From positions 52,910 to 116,909 of the forward strand of contig JACKER010000007.1 of NCBI GenBank assembly GCA_020632925.1: a stretch of DNA of 64,000 nt. Direction: 5' to 3'. Shown here piece by piece: positions 58,141 to 64,000 of the stretch (position 1 is its first letter; each line of letters begins with the position of its first letter). A program made the position numbers and the translations under genes. A model generated the notes under the pieces. It did no database searches and was not told the origin of the DNA. It saw nothing but the letters and a program-made list of their open reading frames with translations. Source of the stretch: Alphaproteobacteria bacterium (GTDB taxonomy: Bacteria; Myxococcota_A; UBA796; GCA-2862545).

Positions 58141-58901
58141 CGCGCCACCCCCGGTCGCAGGTCGACCTGCGCGGACGCGGCGTGGCACTGCTCGCAGCTC
58201 TGCCGATCGGGGTGCGGGGTCCGCATGGCGGCGCGACCGTTCACGCCGTGGCAGCTGTCGCAGCGCTCGCGCATGGCGGTGCGGTGCGGGACCTGCGGCG
58301 GCGCGATGGACCATGCCCGCGGCCCCGCCACCGGGGAGGCCAGCCCCACGAAGGCGTTGGGCACGTCGCGCGGATCGGGTTCGAGCTGGGCGAGCCCCGG
58401 CATGGGCGCGGCGTCGACGACGTGGCACTGCGTGCAGCTCGCCAGCTCCCGGTGGCTCATGGGGGTCGCGAGCCGTCCGCGGAACCGCAGCCCCACGTCG
58501 TGGCACGTGAGGCACTCGGCGGCGGAGTCCTGTCGCACGGGGTGCGGGATGCGCGGCGGCGCGCCGTCGAAGGAGCGGAGGCGGGTCCGGTCGGTCACCG
58601 CGAGCGAGGCGGGTCCCGCGTCGGGGACCGGGTCGGTGGGGGACGGGCCCCGCATGGACGCGAGCTCGGCGTCGAAGCCCGCGCTGTCGGCGCCGCGGGG
58701 TGCGTTGCGGAGCTCGGCGTAGGACAGCGCCTTCGGGACCTCGTGCAGCACCGGCGCGCGGTCGGAGACGGGAGGGGCGAAGTCGTAGTCGGAGCGCGCG
58801 GTCCCGGCGAGGAACGCGATGAGCGCGATGCCGGCGATCACTGCCCCCACCATCGGCACCGCCGCGAGCGGGTCGGCGCGGGAGGGGTCGGCGGTGGTCA
58901 C
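58137..58901 (-). CDS. Membrane-anchored tetrahaem c-type cytochrome (NapC/NapM-like electron donor).
   Basis: TM helix MVGAVIAGIALIAFLAG and four CxxCH motifs (CLTCH, CTQCH, CDSCH, CEQCH) that look like an internal duplication. GTG start overlaps the napA stop (GTGA). Confidence 0.7.
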   Translation of the reverse strand: MTTADPSRADPLAAVPMVGAVIAGIALIAFLAGTARSDYDFAPPVSDRAPVLHEVPKALSYAELRNAPRGADSAGFDAELASMRGPSPTDPVPDAGPASLAVTDRTRLRSFDGAPPRIPHPVRQDSAAECLTCHDVGLRFRGRLATPMSHRELASCTQCHVVDAAPMPGLAQLEPDPRDVPNAFVGLASPVAGPRAWSIAPPQVPHRTAMRERCDSCHGVNGRAAMRTPHPDRQSCEQCHAASAQVDLRPGVAR

Positions 58902-61303
58902 GGCGCACCTGCCACGGCGAGGCGGGTGACGCGGACCGCGCACTTCTTGTAGTCGGGCTGCTTGCTGAACGGGTCGTGGGCCTCGAGGGTGACCCGGTTG
59001 ATCAGCATCCGCTCGTCGAAGAACGGGACGAAGACGTAGCCCTGGGGCGGGCGGCCGCGCCCGTCGATCCACACCGGGAGGTCGCAGTGGCCACGGCGCG
59101 ACTCGACGCGCACGAGCTCGCCGTTGGAGATGCCCATGCGCTGGGCGTCCTCGCGGTTCAGCTCGACGTAGGAGGCGGGCATGGCGCGACGCAGCGGCGG
59201 GATGCGGCCGGTCATCGTCCCCGTGTGCCAGTGCTCGAGCACGCGCCCGGTGCACAGCCACATGGGGTAGTCCTGGTCGGGGCGCTCGGGCGGGTACTCG
59301 TGCGGGTGGATCCAGACCTGCGCGCGGCCGTCCTCCGTGTTCGAGTGATAGAACTGGATACCCTTGCCCTTCTCGACGTAGGGATCGTCGAACTCCGAGA
59401 AGCGGAAGCGGGTCTCGCGCCAGCTCCCGTCGGGCTGCTGGACGACGGGCCAGCGCATGCCGTACGCCTTCACGTACTCCTGGTACGGCGCCAGATCCTT
59501 GTGCTTCATCCGGGTGAACTTGCGGTACTCTTCGAACAGGACCTCGTCGACGTTGATGTCGTAGTAGCGGTTCCAGTCCCAGACGGGGACGTCGCCTGGC
59601 ATCGCGAACAAGAAGCGTCCGTCCTTGTCCTTCATCCCCGGCATTCCCCGGCGGAACAGCTCGTGGGCGACGGCGATGGTCTGCCAGCAGTCGTCGCGGG
59701 CCTGGCCCGGAGGCTTCACCTGCCGGAACCACTGCTGGGTGCGGCGCTCGGAGTTCCCGAAGACCCCGTTCTTCTCGACCCACATGGCGGACGGCAACAC
59801 CAGGTCGGCCTCGACGGTGGTGGCGGTCGGGTAGACGTCGCTGACGATCAGGAACTTGTCGGGGTCCTTCCGACTGGGGTCGAACAGGGCGTTGCGGTTG
59901 GGCAGCGTCTGACCGGGATTGGTGACCTGGACCCAGATCGTGTGGATGTCGCCGCCGTCGGCCTTCGGCTTGCTGAACTGCTCCCACATCTTCACGGTGT
60001 GGTAGCCGGGCTTGGCGTTCACGCGGCCGGCGGGGACGTTCCAGAACTCTTCGGACTGTTGGCGGTGCTTGTCGTTCGCGACGACGCGCCCGCCGGGCAG
60101 AGCGTGGGCGAGCGTGCCGACCTCGCGGACCGTACCGCAGGCCGACGGCTGACCGGTGAGGCTGGTCGGGGCGTCGCCGGGCTTGCCGAAGTGCCCCGAG
60201 AGCAGGTGCACGGCGTGGACCAGGCTGTTGATGGCCGTGCCCCGCGTGTGCTGGTTCATCCCCATGCACCACAGGCTCGTGATCTTGAGGTCCCGCCGGC
60301 CGAACAGGTCGCCGAGCATGCGGATGTCGCGGGCCGACACACCGGAGAGCTCCTCGACCTTCTCGGGGGTGTACGCCGCGATGTGGGCCTGGAACTCCTC
60401 CCAGGTCGCCGCCTGGCCCTTCAGCTCGGGCGGGTCCGAGGCCTTGCGGAACGCGAGGTGCTGGTCGAGGAAGGTCTGGTCGTAGGTCCCGTTCGCGACC
60501 AACAGGTGGAGGATGCCGTTGGCGATGGCGAGGTCGCCGTGTGGTTGGAACTCGAGGTAGTGGTCGGCGTGCGCGGTCGACCGGGTCCGGCGGGTCTGGA
60601 TGTCGATGAGCGTGACGTTCTCACCGCGCGTCCGGCGGTCGATGATCCGCGAGAACAGCACGGGGTGCATCTCGGCGGGGTTGTTGCCCCACAGGATGAC
60701 GACGTCGGCCTCGTCGAGGTCGGTGTAGCAGCCCGCGGGCTCGTCCACGCCGTAGACCGCGAGGAAGCCGGTCACCGCCGACGCCATGCAGAGCCGCGCG
60801 TTCGGGTCGATGTGGTTGTTCGACAGGCCGCCCTTCATGAACTTCTGGGCCGCGTAGCCTTCGGGGATGGTCCACTGACCCGAGCCGTAGAACGCGAAGC
60901 CCGCGGGGTCCATCTCCACCCGGTCCGCGATGACCCCGATGGCCTGCTCCCACGAGATGGGCACCAGCTTGCCGTCCTTGCGCAGCAGCGGCGTCGTCAA
61001 TCGGTCCTGGCCGTAGAGCGCGAGCCCCACGTGGTATCCCTTGACGCAGAGCAGGCCCTTGTTGACCTCGGCCTCGAGCGCGCCGGCGATGGCGACGACC
61101 TTTCCGTCGCGCGTGCCCACCTGGACGTGGCACCCGGTCCCGCAGAAGCGGCAGGGCGCCTTGTCCCAGTGGACGCCGGGGCCCATGCGGTCGCGGATGT
61201 CCTCGACCGGCGGCGGAGGCGTGGCGGCGCTGCCCGTGGCGGCGGCGGCGGTGGCGGCGGCCATGGCGGCCCCCTTCAGGAACGTGCGGCGATCGGGGTT
61301 CAC
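58898..61303 (-). CDS. napA: Periplasmic nitrate reductase catalytic subunit NapA (Mo-bisMGD, 4Fe-4S).
   Basis: Tat signal RRTFLKGAAMAAATAAAA and CRFCGTGCHV cluster motif. About 800 aa molybdopterin oxidoreductase domains. Confidence 0.9.
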   Translation of the reverse strand: MNPDRRTFLKGAAMAAATAAAATGSAATPPPPVEDIRDRMGPGVHWDKAPCRFCGTGCHVQVGTRDGKVVAIAGALEAEVNKGLLCVKGYHVGLALYGQDRLTTPLLRKDGKLVPISWEQAIGVIADRVEMDPAGFAFYGSGQWTIPEGYAAQKFMKGGLSNNHIDPNARLCMASAVTGFLAVYGVDEPAGCYTDLDEADVVILWGNNPAEMHPVLFSRIIDRRTRGENVTLIDIQTRRTRSTAHADHYLEFQPHGDLAIANGILHLLVANGTYDQTFLDQHLAFRKASDPPELKGQAATWEEFQAHIAAYTPEKVEELSGVSARDIRMLGDLFGRRDLKITSLWCMGMNQHTRGTAINSLVHAVHLLSGHFGKPGDAPTSLTGQPSACGTVREVGTLAHALPGGRVVANDKHRQQSEEFWNVPAGRVNAKPGYHTVKMWEQFSKPKADGGDIHTIWVQVTNPGQTLPNRNALFDPSRKDPDKFLIVSDVYPTATTVEADLVLPSAMWVEKNGVFGNSERRTQQWFRQVKPPGQARDDCWQTIAVAHELFRRGMPGMKDKDGRFLFAMPGDVPVWDWNRYYDINVDEVLFEEYRKFTRMKHKDLAPYQEYVKAYGMRWPVVQQPDGSWRETRFRFSEFDDPYVEKGKGIQFYHSNTEDGRAQVWIHPHEYPPERPDQDYPMWLCTGRVLEHWHTGTMTGRIPPLRRAMPASYVELNREDAQRMGISNGELVRVESRRGHCDLPVWIDGRGRPPQGYVFVPFFDERMLINRVTLEAHDPFSKQPDYKKCAVRVTRLAVAGAP

Positions 61304-61536
61304 GGTGACACCTCGACGAGGTCGGAGTGGTCGACGAAGGCGACGAAGACGGCGTGGACGTGGGGCGAGGCCTCGAGCTGCTCGAGCAGCTGACGATCCT
61401 CGCGACGGTGGTCGGTGACCACGACGATGGGGAGCTTGTCGCCGTTGCGCTCCCCCACGGTGATGCGCGGGTCGTCGAGCTCGGTGGGCGGCTCGAGACC
61501 GGGACGGAGGTGGAGCACGGCGCCGACGACGGGCAT
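61300..61536 (-). CDS. napD: NapD chaperone.
   Basis: 78 aa. Alignable to E. coli NapD from memory (AVLHL/SLVVQ; LPIVVVTDHRREDRQLLEQLE / LIVVVEAEDSETLIQTIE; FVDHSD / LVYHQQE). ATG overlaps the upstream stop (TGATG). Confidence 0.6.
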   Translation of the reverse strand: MPVVGAVLHLRPGLEPPTELDDPRITVGERNGDKLPIVVVTDHRREDRQLLEQLEASPHVHAVFVAFVDHSDLVEVSP

Positions 61537-62813
61537 CAGGACCTCCGCTCGTGGTGCATGCGGCCGGTGAACACCGCGATCGCGACCTTGAGGCCGAGGG
61601 TGTAGATCATGATGCCGAGCGCCCAGATCCCGAGCGACACCTTCCACTCGAGCTGATTGGGGACGTACTCGACGATCTCGTGCAGCGTGCTCGGGACGAA
61701 GCCGGGGACGATCAGCCCCAGCCCCTTCTCGATCCAGATGCCGAACAAGGTCAGGAGGCAGGCGACGTCGATGCGCGCGAGGTTCTTCACCGGGTCCGAG
61801 AACAGCAGCAGCAGCGCGGCGGTCACGTCCATCGCGAGCGCGGACCAGATCCACGGGACCAGGGCGTGCTTGCCGTGCAGCCCGAACCACAGGTAGGTCG
61901 CCGCCGCCGTGTGGGAGCCGCCAGTGTACAGCTCGGTGAAGACCTCGGCGAAGAGCATGAACAGGTTGAGGACGGCGGTGACCCGGAGCACGCCGATCAG
62001 CGTACGGATGGGCGCGTCTCCGACGTGGAAGTCGGTCAGTCGGCGGATGGCCTGCAGCGCGAGCACGATGAACGCGGGGCCGGTGACGAAGGCCGACGCG
62101 ATGAAGCGCGGTGCGAGGATGGCGCTGTTCCAGAAGGGACGGCTCCCGAGCCCGCTGTAGAGGAACGCCGTCACCGTGTGGATGGAGACCGCCCACACGA
62201 TGGAGAGGAACACGAACGGGAGGTACCAGCGCGGATTCGGTCGCAGGCCGAGGAAGCGGGTGTACAGCAGGTACCCGACGACGTGCAGGTTGATCAGGAA
62301 GTACCCGCTCAACACGATGACGTCCCAGGTGAGCATGGACACGGGCCAGTTGAAGCGGCCGATGTAGGGCAGGAAGTGCCAGAGCCGGTCTGGGCGTCCG
62401 ATGTCGACGTTGACGAAGGAGAGGGCGACGGCGACGGCCGCGACCGCCAGGATCTCGCCGACGATCACGACGTCGTGCATGTCGCGGTCTTTGTACAGGT
62501 AGGCCGGGATCACCATCATCACCGCGCCGGCGGCGATGCCGACCGCGTAGGTGAAGTTGCCGATGTACATGCCCCACGAGACATGATCGGTCATCGCGGT
62601 CGCGCCCTGGCCCTGGACGAGCTGGTGCGCGAAGGCGTTGACGCCGACCAGCCAGACGGCCGTGAGCACGGTCATCCAGACGTAGAACAGGGGACCGCCG
62701 TCGGTGGCGACCTTCAGCGCGCGCCAGAGGAACTCCGGGTACGAGGTGACGTACTCGGTGGGCTCGACCGCGGGCGTGTCGCGGCGGCTCTCGGTGTCGG
62801 GGAGGGTGGACAT
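61536..62813 (-). CDS. NrfD/PsrC-family integral membrane quinol-interacting subunit.
   Basis: 425 aa polytopic membrane protein with NrfD-like helices. Directly follows the FeS subunit. Confidence 0.75.
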   Translation of the reverse strand: MSTLPDTESRRDTPAVEPTEYVTSYPEFLWRALKVATDGGPLFYVWMTVLTAVWLVGVNAFAHQLVQGQGATAMTDHVSWGMYIGNFTYAVGIAAGAVMMVIPAYLYKDRDMHDVVIVGEILAVAAVAVALSFVNVDIGRPDRLWHFLPYIGRFNWPVSMLTWDVIVLSGYFLINLHVVGYLLYTRFLGLRPNPRWYLPFVFLSIVWAVSIHTVTAFLYSGLGSRPFWNSAILAPRFIASAFVTGPAFIVLALQAIRRLTDFHVGDAPIRTLIGVLRVTAVLNLFMLFAEVFTELYTGGSHTAAATYLWFGLHGKHALVPWIWSALAMDVTAALLLLFSDPVKNLARIDVACLLTLFGIWIEKGLGLIVPGFVPSTLHEIVEYVPNQLEWKVSLGIWALGIMIYTLGLKVAIAVFTGRMHHERRS

Positions 62814-62816
62814 GGA

Positions 62817-63728
62817 TCACACGTCGAAGAAGTAGAAGAAGCGAGGTTGCGTGCCGGCGTCCTCCTTGAGGACGAACACGCGCTTGTTCTCGAGCACCCA
62901 GCGGATCTCGGAGTCCGGGTCGGCGAGGTTCCCGAACACCCGCGCGCCGGTGGGGCAGGCCTCGAGACAGGCGGGCAGGCGCCCCTTGCGCGTTCGGTGG
63001 AGGCAGAAGGTACACTTCTCCATGACGCCCTGGGGCCGGATCCGATTGGAGAGGTACGCCTGGTCCGGGTTGATCTCGTCCGCCGGGATCTCGGGCTTCG
63101 TCCAGTTGAAGCGCCGCGCGTGGTAGGGACAGGCGGCTTCGCAGTAGCGGCAGCCGATGCACCAGTCGTAGTCGACGACGACGATGCCGTCGGGCTCCTT
63201 CCACGTCGCCTCGATCGGGCAGACCTTCACGCAGGGCGCGTTGTCGCACTGGTGGCACTGGACCGGCATGTAGTACTTGCCGGGCTGCGGCACGGGGTGG
63301 TCGTAGTTCGGGTTGCCATGCGCCAGATCGAGGCTTCCCTGGGTCATCTCCAGGACGCGGATGTAGCTGTTGTTGGTCCGCCGGTCGTGGTTGTTCTCCT
63401 GGTGGCAGGCCTCGGCGCACTTTCGGCAGCCGATGCAGATGGAGAGGTTCAGCGCGTAGGCGAACTGCACGCCCGGGATGGGGCGTACGTCCTGGATCTG
63501 GACCTCGCGGCCGTACTCGTCGGCGGTCTTCTGCTCGTGGCGGCGGAGGATGTCGTTCATCTCCTCCTTCGAGAGCTCCTTGTAGTGTTTCTGGAGGAAG
63601 CCATCGACCGACAGGCCGTCCACCCACTCGGTGACGGGCGCCACGGCACGGGCGAAGGCAGCGGCGCCGAGCGTGACCGCTCCTGCCTTCAGGACGTTCC
63701 TGCGGTCCGGATCGTCAGAGGTGGTCAT
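62817..63728 (-). CDS. NrfC/PsrB/DmsB-like four-cluster 4Fe-4S subunit with Tat signal.
   Basis: RRNVLKAGAVTLGAAAFA. Cys clusters CIGCRKCAEAC, CHQCDNAPCVKVCP, CIGCRYCEAACP and CTFCLHR...C. Confidence 0.8.
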   Translation of the reverse strand: MTTSDDPDRRNVLKAGAVTLGAAAFARAVAPVTEWVDGLSVDGFLQKHYKELSKEEMNDILRRHEQKTADEYGREVQIQDVRPIPGVQFAYALNLSICIGCRKCAEACHQENNHDRRTNNSYIRVLEMTQGSLDLAHGNPNYDHPVPQPGKYYMPVQCHQCDNAPCVKVCPIEATWKEPDGIVVVDYDWCIGCRYCEAACPYHARRFNWTKPEIPADEINPDQAYLSNRIRPQGVMEKCTFCLHRTRKGRLPACLEACPTGARVFGNLADPDSEIRWVLENKRVFVLKEDAGTQPRFFYFFDV

Positions 63729-64000
63729 GGGGAGGCTCCAGGTAGCGGTCGTGCGGCGGGAGCACCGGGCTCACCACTGGGATCGCCGGATCGTGGGGGG
63801 CGTGGCACACCACACAGTGGTTGCGGGTCCGTGGGCCCTGGCGCAGGTCCCAGTACCCGTTCATCCCGCCGTGGGCGCCGTGCTGGTAGTTGGTGTACTG
63901 CTTGCCGTGGCACTGCGCGCACAGCTGGATGGCGGCGCCCATCTCGATGGAGGTCCCGTCCGCGAGGTGGAGGCGCGTCCGGTCCGCGGGGTCGTGACAG
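63715..64000 (-). CDS. Multihaem c-type cytochrome, 3' portion only; the gene continues beyond the window.
   Basis: CAQCH and CVVCH lie within the window. The frame is open to nt 64000, where it ends in ...CH of a further CxxCH. Confidence 0.7.
   Translation of the reverse strand, partial: CHDPADRTRLHLADGTSIEMGAAIQLCAQCHGKQYTNYQHGAHGGMNGYWDLRQGPRTRNHCVVCHAPHDPAIPVVSPVLPPHDRYLEPPHDHL

Noticed and set aside
58137-63627. ORFs 58137..60272 -, 58976..61393 + and 61300..63627 - as single large genes.
   Set aside because: Only their 3' ends are real (tetrahaem cytochrome, napD). The remainder is off-frame over napA, NrfD and the FeS genes, or antisense.

Overview
This is a 64-kb, very high-GC (roughly 70%) bacterial chromosome segment. 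Its gene content and codon usage look Myxococcota-like: many Ser/Thr kinases, lipoproteins, MJ0042-type zinc-ribbon and AgmX-like domains, and GC3-rich coding. Because of the GC content, many long antisense and off-frame ORFs in the six-frame track are artefacts. Real genes were picked by recognisable domains, GC3 periodicity, signal peptides/lipoboxes, ribosome-binding sites and start/stop overlaps. In order, the window holds:

- **PKS (2..7150, +):** the 3' part of a modular type I PKS gene, reading partial-KS, AT, KR, ACP, KS, AT, KR, ACP. It has no thioesterase and ends in a hydrophobic tail.
- **7.1-21.5 kb:** an AgmX-like zinc-ribbon protein, a deoxynucleoside kinase, an orphan ParA, secreted hypotheticals, a STAND-type Ser/Thr kinase with NTPase and TPR domains, a dienelactone hydrolase, an ASST-family protein and a class II glutamine amidotransferase.
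- **21.6-23.5 kb:** a coupled operon of a CxxCH lipoprotein, an outer-membrane beta-barrel and a YceI protein.
- **23.6-29.6 kb (most notable):** a tightly start/stop-coupled six-gene operon on the + strand. It encodes a radical-SAM lysine 2,3-aminomutase, a YkgJ-type Cys-cluster protein, two D-Ala-D-Ala-ligase-like ATP-grasp ligases, a GNAT-plus-HDAC fusion protein and a GNAT acetyltransferase. I propose it is an undescribed beta-lysine-derived peptide or acyl pathway with an acetylation/deacetylation cycle.
- **32.1-39.1 kb:** an AraC regulator, then a seven-gene minus-strand operon. Reading along transcription: Ser/Thr kinase, small Lys-rich protein, membrane-anchored protein, patatin phospholipase with two EF-hands, YiiX-like permuted papain-fold protein, and two paralogous Cys-rich lipoproteins.
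- **39.6-41.9 kb:** a lower-GC islet of four secreted/lipoprotein genes, three of them ATGA-coupled.
- **42.3-42.6 kb:** a block of palindromic repeats and hairpins.
- **42.6-47.1 kb:** a large YyaL(DUF255)-thioredoxin-NHL fusion protein, plus a paralog of the 10980..11846 protein.
- **47.2-64.0 kb:** an RRM RNA-binding protein and a denitrification island. The island has an Rrf2 (NsrR-like) regulator, a LuxR regulator, norCBQD, mobB, and a long minus-strand operon: multiheme cytochrome c, NrfC-like FeS subunit, NrfD-like membrane subunit, napD, napA, a tetraheme cytochrome, a ferredoxin, a small protein, nirK with a C-terminal cytochrome c domain, nirV and a SCO1/SenC protein.

No rRNA, tRNA, CRISPR array or transposase was recognised.
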